The notes: generated by a model not told the origin, from the letters alone. A DNA stretch of 64,000 bases from a virus (IMGVR_UViG_3300030100_000603:1-64000), one strand, 5' to 3'; shown: positions 55,121 to 63,659, numbered from the stretch's first letter. A program made the numbers and translations.

Positions 55121-55354
55121 TTATTCTCTCAGTTTTCCATTAGAAAAATACTTATTGTCGTAACCGTAGAACTTATCATGTGCCTTCTTGATCTTAGCAA
55201 GTGCGTACTCAAGATTCAACAGAGGCATACCCTTGTCAGAAGCCATCGCGTTATACATCTCGACATAACCACGACAGGTATCATGTTTCTCTTTCAGGTT
55301 GCCAAAATAACTAACCGGAATCTGTTTACCATTTGCGTCAACAATATAATCCAT
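55121..55354 (-). CDS. Hypothetical protein
   Basis: 77 aa, coupled. Confidence 0.65.
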   Translation of the reverse strand: MDYIVDANGKQIPVSYFGNLKEKHDTCRGYVEMYNAMASDKGMPLLNLEYALAKIKKAHDKFYGYDNKYFSNGKLRE

Positions 55355-55581
55355 TATTCCTCATCCTCATAAACTTTATGGGTCGCAAGAAACACAATGT
55401 TCTGTACAGGAAATGAAATCACATCAATGTCTTCTTCCATGTTCTCATTCGGAACAAGTGACAGGAAGTTATCATCAAGGTGAACACTCAGACTTTCAAA
55501 CTGGAACATTTCCCCACTGGTTACCCGTACTGAAACATCAATGTGTTTGACCGGACGTTCTTGATTCGCTTGTTCTTCCAT
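55354..55581 (-). CDS. Hypothetical protein
   Basis: 75 aa, SD GGAGG. Confidence 0.65.
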   Translation of the reverse strand: MEEQANQERPVKHIDVSVRVTSGEMFQFESLSVHLDDNFLSLVPNENMEEDIDVISFPVQNIVFLATHKVYEDEE

Positions 55582-55584
55582 GTC

Positions 55585-55806
55585 TTATTCCTCCATGAGC
55601 TTACGTTTGTCTTTCGCAAGTTTATTCAGTTCGCGGCAAGTAGCTTTTACCTGACGATAAATTTCATCAATGTCCTTAACGGTTACTTCAGGATTTGCAA
55701 TTGCGTAGTGCTCGATATAATTACCAAGATCACTACACTGTTCCTCAAGTAGCTCGATAAGCGGTTGCGCCTGATCTCTCAGTTCGACCATCTGCTGTTC
55801 GTTCAT
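55585..55806 (-). CDS. Hypothetical coiled protein
   Basis: 73 aa, SD GAGG, after promoter. Confidence 0.65.
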   Translation of the reverse strand: MNEQQMVELRDQAQPLIELLEEQCSDLGNYIEHYAIANPEVTVKDIDEIYRQVKATCRELNKLAKDKRKLMEE

Positions 55807-55837
55807 TTCGTTTCCTCTCCCTCTTCGAGTATGCAGT

Positions 55838-55867
55838 AGTTTAACAGTATCTAACTAACTATGTCAA
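55838..55867 (-). promoter_or_regulatory. Sigma70-like promoter
   Basis: TTGACA-N18-TAAACT with A-tract. Confidence 0.75.
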
Positions 55868-55881
55868 GTCTTTTTCCATAG

Positions 55882-56160
55882 TCACCACCACCCACCGTCT
55901 TTATCAATTTTTACAACGCTATCTAAGTCAAAAATATCTTCCTCTGGTTGACCAAGATAGACTCGGTACATTTCATCACGAACATACGCATTGTCCCGAT
56001 CTACAATTTGCTGCTGTTTTGACCTATTTGCTTCACGGTTACATTCCATACACAACCCGATGCCTTGGTAATAAGCATTAAGAACAATGTCACATGCTTG
56101 ACATCTTGTGTAAAACCCACTTACCCTACCATTCCCAATTCCAGTATACCCCTTAGCCAT
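55882..56160 (-). CDS. Small Zn-finger protein
   Basis: MAKGYTG...RCQAC...LCMEC; SD GAGG. Confidence 0.65.
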   Translation of the reverse strand: MAKGYTGIGNGRVSGFYTRCQACDIVLNAYYQGIGLCMECNREANRSKQQQIVDRDNAYVRDEMYRVYLGQPEEDIFDLDSVVKIDKDGGWW

Positions 56161-56797
56161 TTTCCACCTCATATATTTCCATAATTGAATCAAATGAATT
56201 ACTCTTTGATAAATTTTCATCAGCAGGTATAATCTGCAAGTTCCAAGGTACATGCAGACCTGTAACATTCTCACCGTTGATCGGTACAATGTGATCGACC
56301 TCAACATCATGACCACCTTTTCTCAAATCACGAGATTTTTTATAAATCTCTCGTAACTCTTTTCTAAAAAGACCATAAACCTTTTTCTGATCTCTTACCC
56401 GAATGTCCCTGTAGTTCCCACCAAGTAAACCATAACGTTTTTTCCGCAATTCTTTAATATAGGCTTTTCTTACGTCATCATGATTATAATAATATTTAGT
56501 ATGTAACTTGCTCGCCTCTTTTACATACTCCTTGTTCTTCCTGAGAAAACCTGTAGGAATTATTTCCTTTTCGGGTGCTTTGATCCTAGGACCACAAGAA
56601 GACTCCCTACCCGTTAAATCTAAACTCTTGGTAAAATTAAAAACTTCTTCATGGGTAACAGTTGTTTCTAGAGATTCCAAGTAACACTCATTGCAAACAA
56701 CACCAACAAAATCTAAGTCCTGTTTACACTTATTAAATTCCTTGAGTGACCCCTCATAGTAACACCACTCACACTCAGTACCATTCGTCCTCATCAT
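56153..56797 (-). CDS. HNH endonuclease
   Basis: EVDHIVPINGENVTGLHVPWNLQ; start uncertain. Confidence 0.8.
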   Translation of the reverse strand: MMRTNGTECEWCYYEGSLKEFNKCKQDLDFVGVVCNECYLESLETTVTHEEVFNFTKSLDLTGRESSCGPRIKAPEKEIIPTGFLRKNKEYVKEASKLHTKYYYNHDDVRKAYIKELRKKRYGLLGGNYRDIRVRDQKKVYGLFRKELREIYKKSRDLRKGGHDVEVDHIVPINGENVTGLHVPWNLQIIPADENLSKSNSFDSIMEIYEVENG

Positions 56798-57164
56798 CTT
56801 CATCCTCATCGTCCGTATTGATTTCTACACCCCCAATGTTGAAGTATCCACAATGGTAGTCGATTGTAAAGTCTTCGCTGAAGACAGCAATGTTACCATG
56901 TTCCAAACCAGTCTTGTCTTCAACCGCACCAACAGGTACAATTCCAATCAAGCCAGCATCAACAGGGTAGTTGTTGTCAAAGTTGTCAAAGTAGATACCA
57001 TCACCGAATGCGGTGCTACCTACCCAACAGGTGAACCCCTTGTATTGGAATTCATTATCATCCACCTCATACATCAGGTCAAGAAAACCCATCCAGTTGT
57101 CGTCATGGATGACATAGCAGGGATCACCGATGTAGTACGTCCCAGCCTTCATTCTGATAGCCAT
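56775..57164 (-). CDS. Hypothetical phage protein
   Basis: GTYYIGDPCYV...VDAGLIG; SD GGAGG. Confidence 0.7.
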   Translation of the reverse strand: MAIRMKAGTYYIGDPCYVIHDDNWMGFLDLMYEVDDNEFQYKGFTCWVGSTAFGDGIYFDNFDNNYPVDAGLIGIVPVGAVEDKTGLEHGNIAVFSEDFTIDYHCGYFNIGGVEINTDDEDEDDEDEWY

Positions 57165-57194
57165 GTAAACCTCCGTTTCGTTGTTGATGTCTCC

Positions 57195-57224
57195 ACTATA
57201 AGCGAGGTTGACCCTCTGTGTCAA
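57195..57224 (-). promoter_or_regulatory. Sigma70-like promoter
   Basis: TTGACA-N18-TATAGT. Confidence 0.75.
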
Positions 57225-57246
57225 GACTTTTTCTCATCTAAATTTC

Positions 57247-57276
57247 TTGACAGGTGGGACCAGGGTGGTCTATGCT
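57247..57276 (+). promoter_or_regulatory. Sigma70-like promoter pointing into element B
   Basis: TTGACA-N18-TATGCT; no ORF downstream. Confidence 0.6.
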
Positions 57277-57310
57277 TCATCCATCGGTCACGACAGAGAA
57301 GTTCTTACCT

Positions 57311-57487
57311 AGAATATTCTTAATATAGATTATGTCTAGAATATAATGTCTATAACAAGAATAACATTGATAAGAATATCTAAGATAAGAAATAATCTAG
57401 TCTAGATATTCTAGATAAGATATTATAGTAATATATATATATTATAATAATATAATTAGGGTACAACAAGAATGGGCTTCCTGTCAA
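57311..57487. repeat. AT-rich iteron element B (copy of 759-931); candidate replication origin
   Basis: Same AGAATATTCT, AAGAATA units, TCTAGTCTAGATATTCTAGA, TAGGGTACA-N-TGTCAA. Confidence 0.8.
57458..57487 (-). promoter_or_regulatory. Sigma70-like promoter firing into element B
   Basis: TTGACA-N18-TACCCT. Confidence 0.6.
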
Positions 57488-57511
57488 GGGTTGATACTAG
57501 AAAAATTTTTA

Positions 57512-57541
57512 TTGACACGGACAGGAAGGTTGAGGTATGAT
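57512..57541 (+). promoter_or_regulatory. Sigma70-like early promoter
   Basis: TTGACA-N18-TATGAT with A/T-tract UP element. Confidence 0.8.
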
Positions 57542-57570
57542 GACCTTATCACAACAGACAGGAGGACAGG

Positions 57571-57798
57571 ATGAATCATCAACAACAGGAATTCACAAGG
57601 CAGTTACAAAAACTTAACAGAATGTACCTTGACGAGATGGAACATGTTCTGTTAACCTTATATCATCTTCACAACAATGATGTATTAACCCTTGATGATA
57701 TTCAAGACATAGGAGAAAGATTTAATCTAGATATTGAACTAAAGTATACTAACATTATTGAGACATTACCTGTTGACACTGACGAAGAGGATGACTAA
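57571..57798 (+). CDS. Hypothetical early protein
   Basis: SD GGAGG. Confidence 0.7.
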   Translation: MNHQQQEFTRQLQKLNRMYLDEMEHVLLTLYHLHNNDVLTLDDIQDIGERFNLDIELKYTNIIETLPVDTDEEDD

Positions 57799-57799
57799 G

Positions 57800-58030
57800 A
57801 TGGCTACTGTACACCAAGGAATGAATAACACTCTGTTGGGTCGTATCTTGACTGATGAGGAATTCACTGTAAGAATCCACCATGTCACAAAGCTGATTAA
57901 ACAAGGGTTTCCTGTTAGATATTACCGGGACAAGTTTGGGAGGTTGCGCGTGTACCGGAATGGTGAGTGGTGGGTTTTAGATGATCTTGCGAAAGTGGAA
58001 CCAATTTATGATTGGAGGAAAAATGACTAA
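57800..58030 (+). CDS. Hypothetical early protein
   Basis: ATG 57800, SD GAGG. Confidence 0.65.
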   Translation: MATVHQGMNNTLLGRILTDEEFTVRIHHVTKLIKQGFPVRYYRDKFGRLRVYRNGEWWVLDDLAKVEPIYDWRKND

Positions 58031-58673
58031 GAAAATTGAATATAGATTTGGTGAAAACATTAATCCAGACAGTTTGTTGAGTTATCTTTTTGATGATGTG
58101 GAGAAGAAGGGTGAACGACGGGCATTTTTCCTGTGTGAGTGTGGGAATATTAAATCCATATTTGTTAGTTTAGTGAAAATAGGTAATACAAAAAGTTGCG
58201 GTTGCTATCACAAAGAAAAAGTTTCCAGACATGGGAATTCTCAAAAAAGATCATATAAAGTATGGAAGGGTATGATATACCGAGGTCAAGGAAGATCAGG
58301 AAGAGAATTTTATTTTGACAAAGGGGTGAAAGTTTGCGATGAATGGTTGCATCCTGAAGATGGGTATGATAACTTTGTATCTGATATGGGTGAACCAAGG
58401 GATAATGAAACAATCGAACGCATTGACAGAAATGGCAACTATTGCAAAGAGAATTGTAAATGGGCAAAAATATCAGAACAGCTTTACAATAGGGATTCCC
58501 CAAGGAACACATCTGGAAAGGTTGGTGTGAGTTTCCACAAAAAGTCGAAAAAATGGGCTGCCATTATAAATAAAGAAGGGGTAAAGTACAACCTTGGTTA
58601 CTTTACCAATTATGATGATGCTGTAAAAGCTAGGCTAAATGCAGAATTGAAATATTATGGGAGGAACTGTTGA
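58023..58673 (+). CDS. HNH/AP2-type homing endonuclease-like protein
   Basis: CECGN..SCGC, GVKVCDEW, TIERID..GNY..ENCKW, YNLGYF. Confidence 0.82.
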   Translation: MTKKIEYRFGENINPDSLLSYLFDDVEKKGERRAFFLCECGNIKSIFVSLVKIGNTKSCGCYHKEKVSRHGNSQKRSYKVWKGMIYRGQGRSGREFYFDKGVKVCDEWLHPEDGYDNFVSDMGEPRDNETIERIDRNGNYCKENCKWAKISEQLYNRDSPRNTSGKVGVSFHKKSKKWAAIINKEGVKYNLGYFTNYDDAVKARLNAELKYYGRNC

Positions 58674-58674
58674 C

Positions 58675-58770
58675 ATGAGACTGCTGATGTGTTTTATTAA
58701 ACACTACTGGCTGGAAGTGGTTGGGTTTGGAACGTTTTTCTCTGTATACATTGCGAAGGTATTTTTATGA
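58675..58770 (+). CDS. Small membrane peptide (31 aa)
   Basis: MRLLMCFIKHYWLEVVGFGTFFSVYIAKVFL; SD GGAGG. Confidence 0.5.
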   Translation: MRLLMCFIKHYWLEVVGFGTFFSVYIAKVFL

Positions 58771-58943
58771 GTAACATTCGGGTATATGTTTATGGGTTTG
58801 GTGAGGTTAAGGAATTCCTGCACACCTTCTTGGATCGAGAAGAGGCAAGGAAGTATTGTCGGACACACAAGAAGCTTTTCCCTGATCGCTTCGACTGCTA
58901 CCTGATCGGGGATCATCAGTCAAATCTTTGGGAGATTGCATGA
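58767..58943 (+). CDS. Hypothetical protein (58 aa)
   Basis: ATGA-coupled at both ends. Confidence 0.55.
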   Translation: MSNIRVYVYGFGEVKEFLHTFLDREEARKYCRTHKKLFPDRFDCYLIGDHQSNLWEIA

Positions 58944-59197
58944 GCATTGAAGAAGAACGCGAAGAGATCATGCTGGATATGTTGTACGGGCCGCCCATCA
59001 TTTACGTCGTGATGGTAACTTATCATGATGATTCTACCAGGTGTTTCGTGTTTAGCACTGAAGAGAACATGGTAGCCTTCATTCAGATTGTCGAGGAAAC
59101 TGGTGAAGAAAACAATGTAGTTAAGTACGCATACTTCCAATCGCTGCTTGATCTGATGTATGATTTTGAATATGAAATGTATGGTGTGGAGCATTGA
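58940..59197 (+). CDS. Hypothetical protein
   Basis: MSIEEERE..., coupled. Confidence 0.6.
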   Translation: MSIEEEREEIMLDMLYGPPIIYVVMVTYHDDSTRCFVFSTEENMVAFIQIVEETGEENNVVKYAYFQSLLDLMYDFEYEMYGVEH

Positions 59198-59198
59198 T

Positions 59199-59378
59199 AT
59201 GAAAACCGATAAAGAAATTGTTGACTCAATCTACAAACTTCTGTGCCATTCACTGGTGGAAGATGTACCAAGTAAGAAAAAAGAATTTGACGGACCATTC
59301 GCTGAGGGGTATATTACCTGCATGGAGACAACAGCAAGGTTCTTCCTGAAATACATTGATGAACAACGGGGTGAGTGA
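59199..59378 (+). CDS. Hypothetical protein
   Basis: SD GGAG. Confidence 0.6.
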   Translation: MKTDKEIVDSIYKLLCHSLVEDVPSKKKEFDGPFAEGYITCMETTARFFLKYIDEQRGE

Positions 59379-59379
59379 C

Positions 59380-59652
59380 ATGAAATATCCTGATAAAATT
59401 TACCGCAAGCTTGAGATTGTTGAAAAGGAGATTCATGGGGAAACATTTTACGGTTGTGTTGAGCATAAATCTTTCTTGGGTTTACGTCGGAAAAAGATGG
59501 TGAGAATTCATCAAAATATCTTCAACAAAAACCTTGGACATTTTTCTTATGATGGTGTAAGGTGGGTGGACAGTAAGAAATGTGTTGAGGACTGTATTGA
59601 CACTGTACATAGGGTTGCAGAGTTACGTTTTAAAAGAAAGGTGACAAAATGA
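59380..59652 (+). CDS. Hypothetical protein
   Basis: Operon context. Confidence 0.6.
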   Translation: MKYPDKIYRKLEIVEKEIHGETFYGCVEHKSFLGLRRKKMVRIHQNIFNKNLGHFSYDGVRWVDSKKCVEDCIDTVHRVAELRFKRKVTK

Positions 59653-59855
59653 CGGATCGTAAAAAGTTCAAGATTATGTATCCAGAAGATTATTGGGATA
59701 AGACTAAGGCAGGAAAACCCTATCTACCTAACAATGCAATGGTCGTCATGAACGGTGGTGGTGTATTCTTTCAGATTGATGACCCTAATGGATATGACCG
59801 ATGCATTCGAAAGCTAAGTAGTATTCTACCAAAGTATGATGTAATCTGGAAATGA
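59649..59855 (+). CDS. Hypothetical protein
   Basis: ATGA-type coupling. Confidence 0.6.
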   Translation: MTDRKKFKIMYPEDYWDKTKAGKPYLPNNAMVVMNGGGVFFQIDDPNGYDRCIRKLSSILPKYDVIWK

Positions 59856-59866
59856 GGTGATTAGCT

Positions 59867-60052
59867 ATGGCTGACTTTACCATGTGTAATAACTACGCTT
59901 GTCCTGTGAGGGGTTCATGCCACAGATATATTGCTATTCCCTCTGGAATGCAATCGTATGGTTGCTTTGTGTGGGATGGGAAATGTGAATACTATATTCC
60001 ACTTTGGTCTGAGACTGACACGAAAGAGATTGACAGGGAGAACATGAAATGA
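59867..60052 (+). CDS. Small Cys-rich protein
   Basis: MADFTMC...CPVRGSCHRY...CEYY. Confidence 0.65.
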   Translation: MADFTMCNNYACPVRGSCHRYIAIPSGMQSYGCFVWDGKCEYYIPLWSETDTKEIDRENMK

Positions 60053-60249
60053 AAATCTTCGAAGTGATTGACGATGTGTATACTGTGTATGTCACCCGGT
60101 CAGAGAGCAAGGCGGCTCAGTGGTGGGAAAACGTAGGGAAAAATGGTTGGATTACTGAATCTGAGATGGACGTGTACCTTGGTACTGACTGGCACCAGCA
60201 AAAGATTTGGGAAGACCTAAACGCATTTAAAGAGGCATATGGTCTATGA
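60049..60249 (+). CDS. Hypothetical protein
   Basis: 66 aa, coupled. Confidence 0.6.
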   Translation: MKIFEVIDDVYTVYVTRSESKAAQWWENVGKNGWITESEMDVYLGTDWHQQKIWEDLNAFKEAYGL

Positions 60250-60915
60250 AAATATCTACTAGAAAAGAAGCTATTGAAAACGGGGATGTGAAATATTTCA
60301 CAGGAAAACCTTGTAAACGTGGTCATGTCTCCGAAAGATATACGAGCACATACCAATGTTGCGAATGTCATACTAGAAAGGAAAAATTAATGTATGAAAA
60401 AAAAGTGGAAACAAGAAAACCGTAAACATCTTTCTGAGTATGATAAAAAGTGGAGACAAGAAAATATCGAGCATCATAGAGGGGTGGTTAGGGAGTGGCA
60501 CAGGAGGAAGTACAAAGAAGATTCTGATTATAAAATTGCAAAAACAGTAAGAAATATGTTTGGTAGAATTCTCCAATTAACAAAAGAACAAAAACATGAA
60601 TCCACATTTTCTGTTTTGGGTTATTCTGTTGATGAATTTAAAACCAATATTGAAAGTAAAATGTTGAGTGGTATGACATGGGAGAATCATGGATCAGTAT
60701 GGCAAATTGACCACATTTATCCTGTGTCCCGTTATATACGAGATGGGGTTAATGATCCTACTATCATCAATAGGCTTTCAAACTTAATACCAATGTATTC
60801 GGAGGACAACTTGAATAAATGGGATAAAACCTTGGAAGAGTTTCTTGACGAAAACCCTGATCTGTATTATCGTTATGGAAACCATGTTGAACAAAAAAAG
60901 GAATATGAGCTATGA
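60246..60915 (+). pseudogene. Zn-ribbon HNH-like endonuclease interrupted by frameshift at A8 run
   Basis: 60246-60425 encodes YFTGKPCKRGH..CCEC; 60394-60915 encodes nuclease part paralogous to 34651; frames offset by +1 at 60397-60404. Confidence 0.7.
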
Positions 60916-61115
60916 AAAAACGTTACACCAGCGACAAGAATCATCACTACCTGACCTTCGGTAAGCACAAGGTAGCTATTATTCGAAAAGATTCTAAGCG
61001 CCGAACAAAAGGTGATGAGAAAGAACTGGACAGACACATGGATGATGTACTACAATTAAGGAACAGTGAGATCGGACACAAGGTTCACAAAGGGGGGTTA
61101 ATATGCCAAAGATGA
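60912..61115 (+). CDS. Small basic protein
   Basis: 67 aa, coupled. Confidence 0.55.
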   Translation: MKKRYTSDKNHHYLTFGKHKVAIIRKDSKRRTKGDEKELDRHMDDVLQLRNSEIGHKVHKGGLICQR

Positions 61116-61315
61116 TATTTCCTAAACCAGCAGGACATCATTATGAGAAAACCACATGGGCGTTATCTTTTGCCTGTAGTGTGGTCGCTGTAAGACGAGA
61201 CATTGATTTCACAGAGATGTACGAATTGGCCTATACATACGTTGACAATCTGCCAAATCTTGTGAGACAATGCCCAAAGAATGTAGCAGAGGCTTACTTG
61301 GAGGGTACACCATGA
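61103..61315 (+). CDS. Hypothetical protein
   Basis: 70 aa. Confidence 0.6.
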   Translation: MPKMIFPKPAGHHYEKTTWALSFACSVVAVRRDIDFTEMYELAYTYVDNLPNLVRQCPKNVAEAYLEGTP

Positions 61316-61503
61316 AGAAAGGCATCATTGAATGGGTTACACAGTTTACACCTTTAGTCTTATCTATTATACTTTTGTCTATGGGCGTTGCGCTAATTCA
61401 TTCGGTAATCGCATCAGGAATAGTTGTAGTTCTTTACGCAATAGGTTATACTGCATGGGTAGTGGTATTCCTTGCAATCTTGATTGGATCATTCAAAAAC
61501 TAA
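61312..61503 (+). CDS. Two-TM membrane protein
   Basis: Hydrophobic, SD GGAGG. Confidence 0.6.
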   Translation: MKKGIIEWVTQFTPLVLSIILLSMGVALIHSVIASGIVVVLYAIGYTAWVVVFLAILIGSFKN

Positions 61504-61532
61504 GGGAAAGGACTTGCTAAAGGAGAAGAGTG

Positions 61533-62054
61533 ATGAGCGTCTACGTAATCAGTGATACACACTTTGGTCATGAAAATATGCTGAAGTACAGACCTCAATT
61601 TGAGTCAATGGAAGAACACGATTGGGTTATTGCTCACAATATCATGCATGTTTGTGGAAAGAAGGACACATTGTATATTCTGGGTGATGTTGTTCTTTCA
61701 TCAGCAGGAAGGCCACACCTTGAGCGTATCGCCAGTCACGTTGAATACCTTCACATTGTACTTGGTAATCACGACCAGGAACGCAAGGGTTCACCGACGC
61801 TGGCTGAGTACAACGAGGTTTGTAAGGGTGTGTACGGAATGAAGAAGTATAAAAGTGTGTGGTTTACTCATGCACCCATTCATCCGGTAGAACTTCGCGG
61901 AAAGTATAACGTACACGGTCATGTACATGATAACAGTATTGACGACCCGCGTTATTTTAATGTAAGCTGTGAAGCAATTGGTTACAAACCGATCAATATG
62001 GTAGATGTGATTGAACAACTGAAGGAACGAAACAATGATGAAGGCATACGTTGA
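61533..62054 (+). CDS. Metallophosphoesterase (calcineurin-like)
   Basis: SDTHFGH, LGD, LGNHD, THAP, NVHGHVH. Confidence 0.88.
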   Translation: MSVYVISDTHFGHENMLKYRPQFESMEEHDWVIAHNIMHVCGKKDTLYILGDVVLSSAGRPHLERIASHVEYLHIVLGNHDQERKGSPTLAEYNEVCKGVYGMKKYKSVWFTHAPIHPVELRGKYNVHGHVHDNSIDDPRYFNVSCEAIGYKPINMVDVIEQLKERNNDEGIR

Positions 62055-62223
62055 TCTTGAGGGTAAAATCCCTGCAAAACATGGTGACAGAGTAGCACTG
62101 GTCATTTTTGAGGATAGTGAATACCCGTTGATTCAGGAAGAGGTATCTAAACGACCGATTTACCGCGATCATCCTTATCCTTGTGTTGAGTTAAACACCC
62201 CACAGGAGGGAATGGAACAATGA
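62035..62223 (+). CDS. Hypothetical protein
   Basis: 62 aa. Confidence 0.55.
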   Translation: MMKAYVDLEGKIPAKHGDRVALVIFEDSEYPLIQEEVSKRPIYRDHPYPCVELNTPQEGMEQ

Positions 62224-62492
62224 TTAAGACATACTACTTCCTCGATGATACATGGTCATTCAGTAATGGTTGTAGCTGTTGTGAACCACTGGAAATGCCA
62301 TGTTATAATATCGACACAGATGAACACCCTGACTTCTCATTGTGGTATGGATCAGCAGCATCATTCGAAGAGTGTTGTGAACAGGTGTTAATGCATGAGG
62401 GCATCCTGTCTGAAGATAGCACTATAGACTTTAGTAGTAAGGCACTGAAGGAACTTCTTGTGAAGAATGATCTAAGGGTGGTGATTATATGA
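62220..62492 (+). CDS. Hypothetical protein
   Basis: GCSCCEP motif, SD GGAGG. Confidence 0.65.
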   Translation: MIKTYYFLDDTWSFSNGCSCCEPLEMPCYNIDTDEHPDFSLWYGSAASFEECCEQVLMHEGILSEDSTIDFSSKALKELLVKNDLRVVII

Positions 62493-62575
62493 TGATGCGA
62501 TATGTTGTATGGTCAGCAATCGTTGTAATCTTCTATCTGGTCTTACTTAAAATTGTTGTGGAGAACATCGGATGA
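62489..62575 (+). CDS. Small membrane peptide (28 aa)
   Basis: MMMRYVVWSAIVVIFYLVLLKIVVENIG; ATGA coupled. Confidence 0.5.
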   Translation: MMMRYVVWSAIVVIFYLVLLKIVVENIG

Positions 62576-62748
62576 TATATGCAGACACAGACAGTATTGG
62601 TTACCACGAAGACGAGAATGGTATTGTAACAGTATTCATCAAAGGGTCAACAGATGATAAAGATGATCCAGAAGGGGAGATATTATTTGTTGTACATGAG
62701 TTCTGGTTGCCCGCTATCCAAGAAACAATTCAGGAGATATTGCAGTGA
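62572..62748 (+). CDS. Hypothetical protein (58 aa)
   Basis: MIYADTDSIGYHED...; SD GGAG. Confidence 0.55.
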   Translation: MIYADTDSIGYHEDENGIVTVFIKGSTDDKDDPEGEILFVVHEFWLPAIQETIQEILQ

Positions 62749-62978
62749 TTAAAATTATGCTTGAAATATTATTCAGGGTGTTCTTGTTAATATCAACACC
62801 TTTTGCCTTGATGGAAATATTTGTCTATGCAGTGATTGCATTCTTCAAGGAGTTCCGGTATCGTGTAGTGATTGAATACCGATTCCTTCGGGATCATATG
62901 AAGTATGGTATTTGGGCAGATGAGAAGCTTCGGAAGAAGTACCTTGAAGAAGTCAAGAAATATGGAGGTGAAGAATGA
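62745..62978 (+). CDS. Membrane-anchored hypothetical protein
   Basis: N-terminal hydrophobic helix. Confidence 0.55.
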   Translation: MIKIMLEILFRVFLLISTPFALMEIFVYAVIAFFKEFRYRVVIEYRFLRDHMKYGIWADEKLRKKYLEEVKKYGGEE

Positions 62979-63199
62979 AACTGTTTAAAGTGCTTTCAAA
63001 TGATGATGCTGTACATGGGTTTCAACTGTTACGTACAAAAAACAGGTCACTCATTGATGTATATTGGGTGAAGCTGACGTACACAGAACCGAGGTTTGGA
63101 ATGACACTGAGCTTTGATGCGGATTCACCTGTATTCGTGGCCCTGACAATCTGGAAGTTCGACCTGTATATCACACTGTTTGAGAGGCAGATTGACTGA
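62975..63199 (+). CDS. Hypothetical protein
   Basis: SD GGAGG. Confidence 0.6.
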   Translation: MKLFKVLSNDDAVHGFQLLRTKNRSLIDVYWVKLTYTEPRFGMTLSFDADSPVFVALTIWKFDLYITLFERQID

Positions 63200-63432
63200 T
63201 GAAATACTACAAATTTATCTATCCAGATGAGCAGGGACTACTGGTTGAAGAAGTCCTATCCGAACAGGATATCCTCGATTTCTACTGGGAATATTGGTAC
63301 GAAAAGATGGTCAGGAAGGGGCTCAGAGATAAGATCAGTATTCACCATTGCATTGATGACTTTGTTGTAGTAAATTGGGCATGGGAAGTAGACGTAGATG
63401 ACTACACTGATGAAAGGGAGAAGATAAAATGA
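63199..63432 (+). CDS. Hypothetical protein
   Basis: EVLSEQDILDFYWEYW...CIDDFVVVNWA. Confidence 0.65.
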   Translation: MKYYKFIYPDEQGLLVEEVLSEQDILDFYWEYWYEKMVRKGLRDKISIHHCIDDFVVVNWAWEVDVDDYTDEREKIK

Positions 63433-63659
63433 TCTACTGTCCGATGTGTGATGAAGAATGTGACTATATGGATTCAGTGTACAGCATTGAAGATTACCAT
63501 GACCCATACACAGGAGATACCAGATTTTATGTGGATGAAACCCCAATGTGTGAAGATTGCATGATGGATTCATATATGGGAGGATGGTCCTACGTCACCT
63601 GGGATGAAGCACAAGAGAAACTTGAGAAGATCAGGGAGAAGATAAATGGCTTATCGTGA
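63429..63659 (+). CDS. Small CxxC protein
   Basis: CPMC...CEDC. Confidence 0.6.
   Translation: MIYCPMCDEECDYMDSVYSIEDYHDPYTGDTRFYVDETPMCEDCMMDSYMGGWSYVTWDEAQEKLEKIREKINGLS

Noticed and set aside
60397-60405. Classic A_AAA_AAG -1 frameshift
   Set aside because: Joining the two ORFs needs +1 (or -2), not -1.
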